DNA from: an uncultured Actinomycetes bacterium
GTDB lineage: Bacteria > Actinomycetota > Thermoleophilia > Gaiellales > JAICJC01
Assembly: GCA_963717845.1 (NCBI GenBank)
Contig: CAVQXH010000001.1
Span: 1,825,865-1,889,864, forward strand
Direction: 5' to 3'
DNA: 64,000 nt
Under the pieces are notes generated by a model. The model searched no databases, had not been told where the DNA came from, and saw only the letters and a list, made by a program, of their open reading frames with translations. The position numbers and the translations under genes are program-made. Positions within the stretch are counted from its first letter, which is position 1, and every line of letters begins with the position of its first letter. Below, piece after piece: positions 1 to 9,655 of the stretch.

Positions 1-10
1 GGCGGCCGCG

Positions 11-641
11 ATGCCGCGCCAGAACCGGGTCACGCCGCTCGGCGAGCTGATCCCCGCCCCCGCCCGCGGCCTCGTCTACGGCAACCGCGGCTGCCTGCAC
101 GACGCGCACGGCCGCATCCGCCGCCATTTCGCGACGAAGCGCTGGATCGCCTGCAGGCTCGAGTTCCGCGGCTGGCAGCGCGGCCCGATGATGCAGCCCG
201 GCCGCTTCACCGAGCTCTTCTTCCTCGACGAGGCGACCGCCTTTGCCGCCGGCCACCGCCCGTGCGCGCTCTGCCGGCGCGAGGACTACAACCGCTTCGG
301 CCGGATCTGGGCCGGGCTGCATCCCGGCCAGGCCGGCGCCGACGCGATCGACGCCCAGCTGCACGGCGAGCGGCTCGATCCGGGCGCGACCCGGAGCAAG
401 CACCCACGCCGCCGCCTACGACTCGCTCCCCGACGGCGCCTACGTGCTCCTCGCCGGCGACCCCTACCTCGTGCTTGGGCGGGAGCTCAGGCTGTGGTCG
501 CCGTCGGGCTACGCCGCCCGCCGGCCGCGGCCGGCGCGCGGGCAGGCCGAGGTGGTCACGCCGCCGTCGCTCGTCGCGGTGCTGCGGGCGGGCTGGGACG
601 GCGCCGCCGTCCCGCTTCTGCACCCGTCGGCCGTTGGGTGA
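11..641 (+). pseudogene. conserved hypothetical protein; reading frame broken by a +1 shift near nt ~400
   Basis: ORF 11..673 has a plausible N-terminus (MPRQNRVTPLGEL..GCLHDAHGRI..RPCALCRREDYNRF) that turns into Arg/Pro junk after about aa 130. The +1 frame (ORF 243..641) carries a plausible, high-GC3 C-terminus (AAYDSLPDGAYVLLAGDPYLVLGRELRLWSPSGY..LLHPSAVG*). The junction lies at ~395-410. Confidence 0.6.
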
Positions 642-670
642 ATGACCGGTGCCTGGCACCGGTCATTCAC
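638..670. terminator. perfect 16-bp inverted repeat (gtgaatgaccggtgcc / ggcaccggtcattcac) between convergent genes; likely bidirectional terminator hairpin
   Basis: The 33-nt palindrome was read directly. It overlaps the TGA of the + gene (639-641) and the stop of the - gene (670-672). No U-tract follows. Confidence 0.55.
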
Positions 671-1038
671 TAGCCGCCGTTCACCAGGCCGACCAGATGG
701 CCCTCGGGGTCGTTGAAGAGGGCGACGATCAGTCCGCCCATGACCTCGTCCGGGCCCATCAGGCGCGTGCCGCCCAGGCTCTCGACCTGCTGCAGCGCGG
801 CCTCGACGTCCGGCACGGCGACATAGAACGTGATGTGGCCGTCGTAGCCCTCGGGGGCCTGGCCGATGCCGCCGCCGATCCCGACGCCCTCGGCCGAGAG
901 GTTGTCCTCGCGGGCGACGACGCCGTAGCCCATCGGGTTGTCCGCATCGAACTCCCACCCGAACAGGCCCGAGTAGAAGCTGTGCAGCTTCTTGACGTCC
1001 TTGCCCGCCACCTCGAAGTGGACGACCGGCTGTCCCAT
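670..1038 (-). CDS. VOC (glyoxalase/bleomycin-resistance/dioxygenase) family protein
   Basis: 122-aa ORF: MGQPVVHFEVAGKDVKKLHSFYSGLFGWEF...ITFYVAVPDVEAAL..LGG, a typical single-domain VOC fold signature. Confidence 0.85.
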   Translation of the reverse strand: MGQPVVHFEVAGKDVKKLHSFYSGLFGWEFDADNPMGYGVVAREDNLSAEGVGIGGGIGQAPEGYDGHITFYVAVPDVEAALQQVESLGGTRLMGPDEVMGGLIVALFNDPEGHLVGLVNGG

Positions 1039-1101
1039 GTGCGCGCTCCTTGCCGTTGGTAGAGGGCCGAGAGTCTAAACGCCCCGGCTACCCTGAGCCC
1101 G

Positions 1102-1434
1102 ATGCGGGCTGCAAACCTCGCGCTGCGCTTCCTCCTCGAGCTGGCTGCGCTCGCCGGGCTGGCGGACTGGGGGCTGCAGATCGGCAGCGGCCCGGTCCGG
1201 ATCGTGCCGGCGATCGCCGCGGTCGCCGCCGCCGCGGTCGTCTGGGGCCTGTGGTGCGCGCCCAGGTCGCAGCGGCGGCTGCCGCAGCCGGGTCGCACGG
1301 TCGTCGAGGCGGCCGTGTTCGGACTGGGCGCGGTGGGATTCGCCGCCGCCGGTCACACATCGGCCGCGGTCGTGTTCGCCGTGCTCGCCGTCGCGAACTG
1401 GGTGCTGCTCTTCGCCTGGGGTCAGGATCCCTGA
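1102..1434 (+). CDS. YrdB/DUF2568-like small membrane protein
   Basis: 110-aa ORF starting MRAANLALRFLLELAALAGLADWG with 3-4 hydrophobic helices. The ANLxLRFLLEL N-terminus is characteristic of DUF2568. Confidence 0.7.
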   Translation: MRAANLALRFLLELAALAGLADWGLQIGSGPVRIVPAIAAVAAAAVVWGLWCAPRSQRRLPQPGRTVVEAAVFGLGAVGFAAAGHTSAAVVFAVLAVANWVLLFAWGQDP

Positions 1435-1793
1435 GCGCCGGCAGGCTGCGCCGCCAGGAAGCGTCCGAGCTGCGCCGCCGATCGCGGCTCGATCGCCGGC
1501 AGATCGCCGATGCCGTACCCGGCCAGAGCCTCGCGCAGCCCCCGGCGGCGGCCGACGACGGCGAGCACGTAGCCGTGCCGGGCGAACTCCTCGGCCTGCT
1601 CGGCGGCCTGCTCGAGCAGCGGGCCGGCCACGTCGTCGGGATAGGCCGCGGCCGGCAGCTGGATCGCGCCCCAGCCTGCCCGCTCGAGCTCGGCCAGCCC
1701 GTCGATCCCGCCCTCGGCCGGGTTCAGCAGCTCGTCCGCGATCAGGGCGATGCGGTAGCCGCGCGCGTCGCCCGCGTCGGTGCGCTCAGCCAC
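1422..1793 (-). CDS. hypothetical protein
   Basis: 123-aa ORF with balanced, non-junk composition. Its start overlaps the stop of the upstream same-strand ORF 1786..2337 by 8 nt, which is operon-like. Confidence 0.5.
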   Translation of the reverse strand: MAERTDAGDARGYRIALIADELLNPAEGGIDGLAELERAGWGAIQLPAAAYPDDVAGPLLEQAAEQAEEFARHGYVLAVVGRRRGLREALAGYGIGDLPAIEPRSAAQLGRFLAAQPAGAQGS

Positions 1794-2337
1794 CTGCGGG
1801 CTCGATCAGCGCGGCGACGGCGGCCCGGTTCACCTCGTCGTCGTGGCCGGGGAGCTGGTGCGTGATCCCGGTCGCGCGCGGCAACGGCACGCCGCGCGCG
1901 GCCAGCTCGGCCTCGAGCTCCTCGATGAAGATGCCGCTCCCGGGCGAGAGCTCGTCCGTGCCGTCCGGCCATTCCGGCCGGCCGTGCCGCGCGGGATCCG
2001 AGCTCGTCACGTGCACGCCCATCGACGGGCTGCCCTCGAGGCCGACGAGGATGACGTCGTCGCCCGCGCGCACGTGGAACTCGATCGCGCCGGCGACCGA
2101 GGCCGCCAGGTGCCGGCAGTGGCGCCGGTAGGCCGTCGTGTCGAGCTGCTCCTTCACCGCCCAGAACCGGTGCAGGCCGGTGAAGGCGAGCTCGGGGCAT
2201 GGCATCTGCTTCAGCTGCCAGTCGCGCTCCCGCAGGACGGCGACGAGCGGCGAGTACACGCCCGGGCACCGCGCCCCGCCCGAGCACTTGGAGTTCTGGT
2301 TGAGGAGGCAGTGGGCGACGAACGCGACTCCTGGCAC
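1786..2337 (-). CDS. Cys-rich conserved hypothetical protein (DUF523-like N-terminus)
   Basis: 183-aa ORF: MPGVAFVAHCLLNQNSKCSGGARCPGVYSPL..MPCPELAFTG. It is divergent from pflB. The function is not recognised with certainty. Confidence 0.6.
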   Translation of the reverse strand: MPGVAFVAHCLLNQNSKCSGGARCPGVYSPLVAVLRERDWQLKQMPCPELAFTGLHRFWAVKEQLDTTAYRRHCRHLAASVAGAIEFHVRAGDDVILVGLEGSPSMGVHVTSSDPARHGRPEWPDGTDELSPGSGIFIEELEAELAARGVPLPRATGITHQLPGHDDEVNRAAVAALIEPAGG

Positions 2338-2462
2338 GGGCTCACTATAGGTGCTGGGGGAGGACTACGGCCCCCGGTTAGGTGAGCCCCCCGATGCGGA
2401 TGTCGCCCCATCCCGCCGAGAATTCGTGCAGTCGCAGACGTTCCAGGAAAGGCCGCCCTCAC

Positions 2463-4733
2463 ATGCTCTCCACCACCGCCGACGCTCGTGCCAACACGCC
2501 CGACCCGCACCGCGGATTCCGCCCCGGCCCCTGGCTCGAGGGCGCCGATGTGCGTGACTTCATCCAGCGCAACTTCTCGCCCTACGCCGGAGACGCGGCC
2601 TTCCTGGAAGGGCCGACCGACCGCACGACCCGCGTCTGGGACATCCTGCGCGGCCTCATGGGGGAGGAGCGCGACCGCGGTGGAGTGCTCGACGTCGACG
2701 CCTCCACGCCGTCTGCGATCACCGCCCACGCACCGGGGTACATCAGCCGCGACGACGAGCTGATCGTCGGCCTGCAGACCGATGCGCCGCTGCGGCGCGC
2801 GATCTTCCCCAACGGCGGCTGGCGGATGGTCGAGGCCGGCCTCGCCGCCTACGGCTTCGAGCCCGACGAGCGCGTGCGCGAGATCTTCACGAAGTACCGA
2901 AAGACGCACAACGACGGCGTCTTCGACGCCTACACGCCCGAGATCCTGGCCGCGCGCAAGGCCGGCGTCGTCACCGGCCTGCCGGATGCCTACGGCCGCG
3001 GCCGCATCATCGGGGACTACCGCCGCGTCGCGCTCTACGGCGTCGACCAGCTGATCGAGTGGAAGCGTCAGGAGCGGGCGGAGCTCGATCACGAGTTCGG
3101 CACCGAGGAGATCATCCGCGACCGCGAAGAGCTGGCCGAGCAGATCCGTGCGCTCGCCGAGCTGCGGACGATGGCGGCGGCGTACGGCCACGACATCTCG
3201 GGCCCGGCAGCGACCGCCCACGAGGCCGTGCAGTGGGTCTACTTCGCCTACCTGGCCGCCGTCAAGGAGCAGAACGGGGCGGCCATGTCGCTCGGGCGCA
3301 CCTCGACGTTCCTCGACGTCTACTTCGAGCGCGACCTGGCCGACGGCACCCTGGCGGGCGAGCGCGAGGCCCAGGAGCTCGTCGACGACTTCGTCATGAA
3401 GCTGCGGGCGGTGCGCTTCCTGCGCACGCCCGAGTACGAGCAGCTCTTCTCGGGCGATCCCACCTGGGTGACCGAGTCGCTGGGCGGGGTCGGCGAGGAC
3501 GGCCGGCCGCTGGTCACGAAGTCGAGCTTTCGCTACCTGCAGACGCTGCGCAACCTGGGCCCCGCGCCCGAGCCCAACATGACCGTGTTCTGGTCGCCGC
3601 TCCTGCCCGAAGGGTTCAAGCGGTTCTGCGCGCAGGTGTCGATCGAGACCAGCTCGATCCAGTACGAGTCCGACGAGTGCATGCGGCCCCGCTTCGGCGA
3701 CGACACCGCGATCGCCTGCTGCGTCTCGGCCATGACGGTCGGCAAGCAGATGCAGTTCTTCGGCGCGCGCGTCAACCTGGCAAAGGCGCTCCTCTACGCC
3801 ATCAACGGCGGCCGCGACGAGATGACGGGCGTGCAGGTCGGCCCCGCGCTCGAGGCGATCACCGCCGACGGCCCGCTCAACGCCGCCGACGTCGAGGCCC
3901 GCTTCGACCGGATGCTCGACTGGCTCGCCGAGACCTACGTCCACGCGCTCAACTGCATCCACTGGAGCCACGACAAGTACGCGTACGAGCGGATCGAGAT
4001 GGCGCTGCACGACCGCGCCGTCCTGCGCACGATGGCGTGCGGCATCGCCGGCCTGTCGGTCGCCGCCGACAGCCTGTCGGCCATCAGGCACGCGACGGTG
4101 TGGCCGGTCCGGGACGAGTCCGGCCTGGTCGTCGACTACCGCGTCGAGGGCGAGTTCCCCACCTACGGCAACGACGACGACCGCGTCGACGAGATCGCGG
4201 TCGACCTGGTGCACCGGTTCATGGAGAAGGTGCGCAGGCATCCGACCTACCGCAACGCCGTGCACACGCAGTCGGTGCTCACGATCACGAGCAACGTCGT
4301 CTACGGCAAGCACACGGGCAACACGCCGTGCGGCCGCCGCGCGGGCGACCCGTTCGCGCCCGGCGCAAACCCGATGAACGGCCGCGACACCCACGGGATG
4401 GTCGCCGCCGCCCTGTCGGTGGCCAAGATCCCGTACGAGGACGCCGAGGACGGGATCTCGCTCACGACCACCGTGACGCCCGACGGCCTCGGCCGCACGC
4501 CCGACGAGCGCGTCGGCAACCTGGTCGGCGTGCTCGACGGCTACGTGGCCGAGGGCGGCTTCCACATGAACGTGAACGTGCTCGACCGCCGGACGCTCGA
4601 GGACGCGATGCAGCACCCGGAGAAGTATCCGCAGCTCACGATCCGCGTCTCGGGATACGCGGTCAACTTCGTCCGCCTCACCCGGGAGCAGCAGCTGGAC
4701 GTGATCAGCCGCACGTTCCACGGGAGCGTCTGA
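2463..4733 (+). CDS. pflB: formate C-acetyltransferase (pyruvate formate-lyase), a glycyl-radical enzyme
   Basis: The ORF 2382..4733 shows full-length PFL similarity. The C-terminal glycyl-radical motif ([28 protein letters not shown]) and the active-site Cys-Cys (IACCVS) are present. The ATG at 2463 (MLSTTAD..) is preceded by aggaaagg. Confidence 0.95.
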   Translation: MLSTTADARANTPDPHRGFRPGPWLEGADVRDFIQRNFSPYAGDAAFLEGPTDRTTRVWDILRGLMGEERDRGGVLDVDASTPSAITAHAPGYISRDDELIVGLQTDAPLRRAIFPNGGWRMVEAGLAAYGFEPDERVREIFTKYRKTHNDGVFDAYTPEILAARKAGVVTGLPDAYGRGRIIGDYRRVALYGVDQLIEWKRQERAELDHEFGTEEIIRDREELAEQIRALAELRTMAAAYGHDISGPAATAHEAVQWVYFAYLAAVKEQNGAAMSLGRTSTFLDVYFERDLADGTLAGEREAQELVDDFVMKLRAVRFLRTPEYEQLFSGDPTWVTESLGGVGEDGRPLVTKSSFRYLQTLRNLGPAPEPNMTVFWSPLLPEGFKRFCAQVSIETSSIQYESDECMRPRFGDDTAIACCVSAMTVGKQMQFFGARVNLAKALLYAINGGRDEMTGVQVGPALEAITADGPLNAADVEARFDRMLDWLAETYVHALNCIHWSHDKYAYERIEMALHDRAVLRTMACGIAGLSVAADSLSAIRHATVWPVRDESGLVVDYRVEGEFPTYGNDDDRVDEIAVDLVHRFMEKVRRHPTYRNAVHTQSVLTITSNVVYGKHTGNTPCGRRAGDPFAPGANPMNGRDTHGMVAAALSVAKIPYEDAEDGISLTTTVTPDGLGRTPDERVGNLVGVLDGYVAEGGFHMNVNVLDRRTLEDAMQHPEKYPQLTIRVSGYAVNFVRLTREQQLDVISRTFHGSV

Positions 4734-4738
4734 CCCTC

Positions 4739-5515
4739 GTGCCACACGAAGCCCACGCCCACGCTCACGCCGCGGCGCCGGAGGCCGCTCGCGCCGGGCG
4801 CGTCCACAGCTGGGACGTCTCGACCGGCGTCGACGGGCCGGGCACCCGCCTGGTCGTGTTCCTGGCCGGGTGCCCCCTGCGCTGCCTGTACTGCCAGAAC
4901 CCCGACACGTGGCACATGCGCGACGGCCGCCACCGCACCGTGGCCGACATCGAGCGGCGGATGCGCCGCTACGCCCGTTTCGTGACGACCGCCGGCGGCG
5001 GCGTCACCGTCTCGGGCGGCGAGCCCCTGCTCCAGCCGGCGTTCACCCGCGACCTGTTCGAGGCGGCCAGGCGGCTCGGCCTGCACACCGCGCTCGACAC
5101 CTCGGGGTTCCTGGGCGCCCGCGCCGACGACCGCCTCCTGGCGGCGACCGACCTGGTGCTGCTCGACATCAAGGCGGGCAGCGAGGACACCTGCCTGCGC
5201 CTGACCGGCGGTGCGCTCGCCCCGGCGCTCGCCTTCGCCGATCGCCTGGCGCAGCAGCGAACGCCGGTGTGGGTGCGCTACGTGCTCGTGCCGGGCTGGA
5301 CGGACGCGCCGGACGAGGTCGAGGCGGTCGCCGACCGGTGCGCGGCGCTTGCCAACGTCGAGCGCGTCGACGTGCTCCCGTTCCACCAGCTCGGCCGGTC
5401 GAAGTACGAGCGCCTGGGCCTGCCGTTCGCGCTCGCGGACACCCCGCCGCCGACCCGGGATCAGGTCGCGGCCGCACGGGCCGTGTTCGCGGCCCGCGGG
5501 CTCGACGTGTCGTAG
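4739..5515 (+). CDS. pflA: pyruvate formate-lyase activating enzyme (radical SAM)
   Basis: This is the last ~258 aa of the long ORF 3059..5515. The GTG at 4739 lies 6 nt after the pflB stop. Motifs: CPLRCLYCQNPDTW (CxxxCxxC) and the GGVTVSGGEPLLQ SAM motif. Confidence 0.93.
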   Translation: MPHEAHAHAHAAAPEAARAGRVHSWDVSTGVDGPGTRLVVFLAGCPLRCLYCQNPDTWHMRDGRHRTVADIERRMRRYARFVTTAGGGVTVSGGEPLLQPAFTRDLFEAARRLGLHTALDTSGFLGARADDRLLAATDLVLLDIKAGSEDTCLRLTGGALAPALAFADRLAQQRTPVWVRYVLVPGWTDAPDEVEAVADRCAALANVERVDVLPFHQLGRSKYERLGLPFALADTPPPTRDQVAAARAVFAARGLDVS

Positions 5516-5522
5516 CCGCCAG

Positions 5523-7040
5523 CTAGGGCTTGTAGCCGGGCGGCGGCGGTTTGCATTCGCGCGCGACGAGCGCGCGCATGTGGGCGACCTCGCCGGCCTG
5601 GGCCGGCTGCGAGGCGATGTTCTGGAGCTCGTAGGGATCCGTCTTCAGGTCGTAGAGCTCCTGATAGCCGCCGGTGTAGCGCGTGTACATGTACCGCGTG
5701 CTCCTGATCCCGCAGAACGCGGGCGTGAGGCCGGGCGGGTTGCCCTCCATGTGCTCGAGCAGGAACTCGGATCGCCAGGGTGGCGTTGGCGTCTTGCCCT
5801 GCAGGAAGGGCAGGAAGCTGCGGCCCTCCACAGGCGGGTGCTTGGCGCCGGCGATCGCCGCGAGCGTCGGCGCCCAGTCGATGTTCACGATCAGATGGCG
5901 GTCGGTCGCCGGTTTGGTGGTGGCCGGCTCGTAGCGCACGACCAGCGGCACCCGCAGCGCCTCGTCGTAGGGCACCTGCTTGCTCGAGACGCTCAGCCGG
6001 TGCTCGCCCCAGCTGATGCCGTTGTCGGAGGCGAACAGGATCACGCTGTGGGCGAGCCGGTGGGTCGCGCGCAGCGACGCGACGATCTTGCCCACCTCGT
6101 TGTCGACGGTCACGAGCGTCTGGTACTCGGCCTGGCGCTGGGCGTAGATCTGGTCGGTCTGGACCGGGTCGAAGCGGTGCAGGGCGCGGATCCAGGGCGG
6201 CTTGTCAGAGACGTCCGCCTCGTTGAAGCTCGGCGGCCGGTACTGGGGCAGGTGGGCGAAGCGGTTGGCGTACCTGTGCTGCGGGAACGACGGCAGGTGC
6301 GGCGCGTACGGGGCGTAGTAGGCGAACACGGGCTTGTTCGCCGGGGCGGTGTCGATGAAGCGGGTGGTCGCATCGCCGAAGTAGGTCGTCGAGTAGGCAG
6401 CGACCGTCTGCGGCAGCCGGCAGGCCGGCTTGCGCTTGCACGCCCCGGGCGCGTTGGAGAAGACGTAGTAGGGGTAGTACGCGGGCTCGTAGTCGAACGC
6501 GACCCAGCGGTCCCACCCCGGCGGCACCCCGCCGGCGTAGGAGTTCAGGTACTTGCCGAAGAGGCCGGTGTCGTAGCCGTCGGCGTGCAGCCACGTGGCG
6601 ATGGTCGAGCGGTCGTCTCCGTGCTGCTTGAACGCGGGGGCGCCGCCGAAGGGCGGGTGGTTGTCGTAGACGCCGGTCGTGTGGGCGTAGTTGCCGGTCA
6701 GGATGCTCGCCCGGCTGGGACAGCAGAGCGAGTCCGAGACGAACGAGTTCTGGAAGGTGACGCCGTGCTTGACGAGCAGCTTCTGCACGTTCGGCATCGA
6801 CCAGAGCGTGTCCCAGCGCTGGTCGTCGGTCAGGATCACGATCACGTTCGTGCGCGTGGTCTTGGCGACCACGACCTGGTCGGGCGGCGCCGTCCCCGCC
6901 CGGCCGCTGCCGGCGGTGCCTCGCGAAACGAGCACGGCTGCCGCCACGATCAGCACGGCCGCCGCGACCGCAAGCCATCTGCCGCGCAGCCTGGGCGTCA
7001 TCGTGATCGGGGAGCGTACCGGCACATGACCGGGCACCAT
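5523..7040 (-). CDS. Cys-type sulfatase (arylsulfatase / N-acetylglucosamine-6-sulfatase-like), exported
   Basis: 505-aa ORF with an N-terminal hydrophobic anchor (WLAVAAAVLIVAAAVLV), NVIVILTDDQRWD, the sulfatase signature SLCCPSRASILTG, and a later SDNG..GEH motif. Confidence 0.9.
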   Translation of the reverse strand: MVPGHVPVRSPITMTPRLRGRWLAVAAAVLIVAAAVLVSRGTAGSGRAGTAPPDQVVVAKTTRTNVIVILTDDQRWDTLWSMPNVQKLLVKHGVTFQNSFVSDSLCCPSRASILTGNYAHTTGVYDNHPPFGGAPAFKQHGDDRSTIATWLHADGYDTGLFGKYLNSYAGGVPPGWDRWVAFDYEPAYYPYYVFSNAPGACKRKPACRLPQTVAAYSTTYFGDATTRFIDTAPANKPVFAYYAPYAPHLPSFPQHRYANRFAHLPQYRPPSFNEADVSDKPPWIRALHRFDPVQTDQIYAQRQAEYQTLVTVDNEVGKIVASLRATHRLAHSVILFASDNGISWGEHRLSVSSKQVPYDEALRVPLVVRYEPATTKPATDRHLIVNIDWAPTLAAIAGAKHPPVEGRSFLPFLQGKTPTPPWRSEFLLEHMEGNPPGLTPAFCGIRSTRYMYTRYTGGYQELYDLKTDPYELQNIASQPAQAGEVAHMRALVARECKPPPPGYKP

Positions 7041-7074
7041 ACGGTTGCGGTTCTAAGCCGCCGCTGAACCGAGC

Positions 7075-7458
7075 CTAAGAACTTGCTGAGGTCTGGTCCG
7101 GCTCCTGGTAGAGGCCGATCACGTTGCCGCCCGGGTCGCGGAACCGCGCCGTGATCTCGGGTGCATCCGCGCCGATCTCCTGCACGATCTCGCCGCCCGC
7201 CGACCTGACCTTCGTGATCGTCTCGGCCACGCTGTCGACCATGACGTAGACCAGGAGGCCCGGCGTCGGCGACGGCGGCCGGCCCGTCACCCAGGCGCCG
7301 CTGACCTCGCCGACGGCGTCGTCGAAGGCGGTGGCCCCGTCGCCGCGCAGCCGCGGCTCCCATCCGAACACCGCCTGGTAGAAGGCCGCCGAGGTGGCCA
7401 CGTCGGTGGCGGGCACCTCGAGGTAGCAGATCTTGCCGTTTCCGGGGGTGGGGGGCAT
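7075..7458 (-). CDS. VOC/glyoxalase family protein
   Basis: 127-aa ORF: ICYLEVPATDVATSAAFYQAVFGWE..LLVYVMVDSVAETITKV..GGEIV..FRDPGGNVIGLYQ. Confidence 0.8.
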   Translation of the reverse strand: MPPTPGNGKICYLEVPATDVATSAAFYQAVFGWEPRLRGDGATAFDDAVGEVSGAWVTGRPPSPTPGLLVYVMVDSVAETITKVRSAGGEIVQEIGADAPEITARFRDPGGNVIGLYQEPDQTSASS

Positions 7459-7483
7459 CGATGGCCAGACTAGCGCGAGTCGC

Positions 7484-8404
7484 TCAGCGCGCGAAGAGGT
7501 TGCGCAGCAGGAAGAGCAGGTTGGCGGGCCGCTCCGCCAGGCGGCGCATGAGATACGGGTACCACTGCGGCCCGAACGGGGTCGCGACGAGCACCTTGTA
7601 GCCGCGGGCGACGAGATCGAGCTGGAGCTGCGGGCGAACGCCGTAGAGCATCTGGAACTCGAACCGGTCGCGGCCGTAGCCGCGCGCCTCGGCGAGCAGG
7701 GCGGCCGCCTCGATCAGCCGCTCGTCATGCGTGGCGATCGCGACGTACGCGCCCCCATCGAGCGCCCGCTCGACCATCCGCCCGTACACCGCGTCGACGT
7801 CGCGCTTGTGCGGGTAGGCGATCTCGGTGGACTCGAGGTAGGCGCCCTTCACGACCCGCAGGTTGGGCGCGAGCGGGAGCAGCGCCTCGAGGTCGGCCGG
7901 CGTCCGGTACAGGTAGGCCTGCAGGACGCAGCCCACGTTGTCGCGGCCGCTCTCGCGCAGGCGCCGGTAGATGCGCAGCGTCGCGTCGACGACGCCGGAG
8001 TGCTCCATGTCGATGCGCACGAAGTTGGCATGCGTGCCCGCGTGGTCGACGAGCTGGGCGATGTTCTCGAAGGCGAGGTCCTCGTCGATCAGGAGCCCGA
8101 GCTGGGTCAGCTTGAGCGCGAGGTTCGCCCGCAGGCCGCGCTCGGCGATCCGGTCGAGCACCGTGCGGTACTCGCCGACGAGCGCCGCGATCTCCTCGCG
8201 CGACTCGATGTCCTCGCCGAGCAGCGTCGTGTTGGCGTGGAGGCCCCTTCGGTTCAGCTCGGCGAGCACCGCCAGGCAGTCGTCGAGCGTCTCCCCGGCC
8301 ACGAAGCGCGCCGCCCCCAGGCGGGCGCCGTAGCGGGTCATGAACGCGCGCGCCCGGCGATCGTTGGCCGCGGCCAGGATCGCGGTCCGGGCGAGGTCGC
8401 TCAC
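7484..8404 (-). CDS. proline dehydrogenase
   Basis: 306-aa ORF with a monofunctional PRODH-like sequence (FVAGETLDDCLAVLAELNRRG..NTTLLGEDI..IDMEHS..VVKGAYLE..IATHDERLI..FEFQMLYGVR). Confidence 0.85.
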   Translation of the reverse strand: MSDLARTAILAAANDRRARAFMTRYGARLGAARFVAGETLDDCLAVLAELNRRGLHANTTLLGEDIESREEIAALVGEYRTVLDRIAERGLRANLALKLTQLGLLIDEDLAFENIAQLVDHAGTHANFVRIDMEHSGVVDATLRIYRRLRESGRDNVGCVLQAYLYRTPADLEALLPLAPNLRVVKGAYLESTEIAYPHKRDVDAVYGRMVERALDGGAYVAIATHDERLIEAAALLAEARGYGRDRFEFQMLYGVRPQLQLDLVARGYKVLVATPFGPQWYPYLMRRLAERPANLLFLLRNLFAR

Positions 8405-8408
8405 GCCG

Positions 8409-9440
8409 TCAGCCGGCGCTCGACGACGCCCACAGGTTGATCTCGCTCTCGGTCGCGTAGCGGTCGATCGCCGCCAGCTCGTCGGCGCTGAAGCCGAGCC
8501 GGTCGATGGCGGCCACGTTGTTCTCGAGCTGCGCGACGCTGCTCGCGCCGATCAGCGTCGAGGTGACGCGCGCGTCGCGCAGCGTCCACGCGAGCGCCAT
8601 CTGCGCGAGCGACTGGCCGCGGCCCGCGGCGATCTCGTTCAGCGCCCGCACCTTCGCCATCGTCTCGTCCGTCAGCAGGTCGGGCGAGAGCGAGTCGTTG
8701 CGGCTCGCCCGTGAGCCTTCCGGGATGCCGTTCAGGTAGCGGTCGGTGAGCATGCCCTGCGCGAGGGGCGAGAAGGTGATGCAGCCGATGCCCTCCTCGC
8801 CCAGCGCGTCCAGGAGCTCGGGCTCGATCCAGCGGTTGAGCAGCGAGTAGGACGGCTGGTGGATCAGCAGGGCGACGCCCATGTCGCGGAGGATGGCCGC
8901 CGCCCGGCGCGTGTCCTTCGCCGAGTACGACGAGATCCCGGCGTACAGGGCCTTGCCCGAGCGCACCGCGTGCGCGAGCGCGCCCATCGTCTCCTCGAGC
9001 GGCGTGTCCGGGTCGAACCGATGCGAGTAGAAGATGTCGACGTAGTCGAGGCCCAGCCGGTGAAGGCTCTGGTCGAGGCTCGCGAGCAGATACTTGCGCG
9101 AGCCGCGGTCGCCGTACGGGCCGGGCCACATGTCCCAGCCGGCCTTCGTCGAGATGATCAGCTCGTCACGGAACGGGGCCAGGTCGCGCCGCAGCAGGCG
9201 GCCGAAGTTCTCCTCGGCCGAGCCGTAGGGGGGACCGTAGTTGTTCGCGAGGTCGAAGTGGGTGACGCCGAGGTCGAACGCGCGCCGCACGATCGCCGCG
9301 CTCGTGTCGAGCGGCCGGTCGTGGCCGAAGTTGTGCCACAGGCCGAGCGACACGGCCGGCAGGTCGAGGCCGCTGCGCCCGCAGCGGCGGTAGGTCATGC
9401 GCTCGTAGCGGCCGGGCGCGGGCTCGTAGCGGGTCACCAT
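8409..9440 (-). CDS. aldo/keto reductase (YghZ/L-glyceraldehyde-3-phosphate reductase-like)
   Basis: MTYRRCGRSGLDLPAVSLGLWHNFG..THFDLANNYGPPYGSAEENFG is a typical AKR14 signature. I chose the start at MVTRYEP (9440). The ORF extends to 9590, but that extension is low-quality sequence. Confidence 0.9.
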   Translation of the reverse strand: MVTRYEPAPGRYERMTYRRCGRSGLDLPAVSLGLWHNFGHDRPLDTSAAIVRRAFDLGVTHFDLANNYGPPYGSAEENFGRLLRRDLAPFRDELIISTKAGWDMWPGPYGDRGSRKYLLASLDQSLHRLGLDYVDIFYSHRFDPDTPLEETMGALAHAVRSGKALYAGISSYSAKDTRRAAAILRDMGVALLIHQPSYSLLNRWIEPELLDALGEEGIGCITFSPLAQGMLTDRYLNGIPEGSRASRNDSLSPDLLTDETMAKVRALNEIAAGRGQSLAQMALAWTLRDARVTSTLIGASSVAQLENNVAAIDRLGFSADELAAIDRYATESEINLWASSSAG

Positions 9441-9655
9441 CGCCCGGCAGGATACGACCTCGGAGCAGGCAGGGCCGTCAGATCCCCGCCGATCCGCACG
9501 CCGGCGCGCGGATCGCGCCGGCGCCCCAGCCACTAAAAACTGCCTAAGAATGCGGCCCACAGGCCCGAATTGCGTTGCGCACACCGCCACCCAGGCCGCA
9601 TAGTGGGGTCAGTGTCCCGGGATGGACACCGGGGAGAAACCCTGCCGAGGAGGAC

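Noticed and set aside
3059-4738. Upstream 560 aa of ORF 3059..5515(+)
   Set aside because: This is an alternative frame of pflB with junk composition. The real pflA begins at GTG 4739, just after the pflB stop.
2211-4745. 844-aa ORF antisense to pflB
   Set aside because: Its composition is Arg/Ala/Gly/Val/Asp-rich junk with no motifs. It lies exactly opposite an unambiguous PFL gene. This is a typical stop-poor antisense frame in GC-rich DNA.
7049-7082. Imperfect inverted repeat ggttctaagcc..gcctaagaac as a terminator or regulatory site
   Set aside because: The pairing needs a bulge and gives only about 5+2 bp. One arm contains the stop codon of the VOC gene. It is too weak to call.
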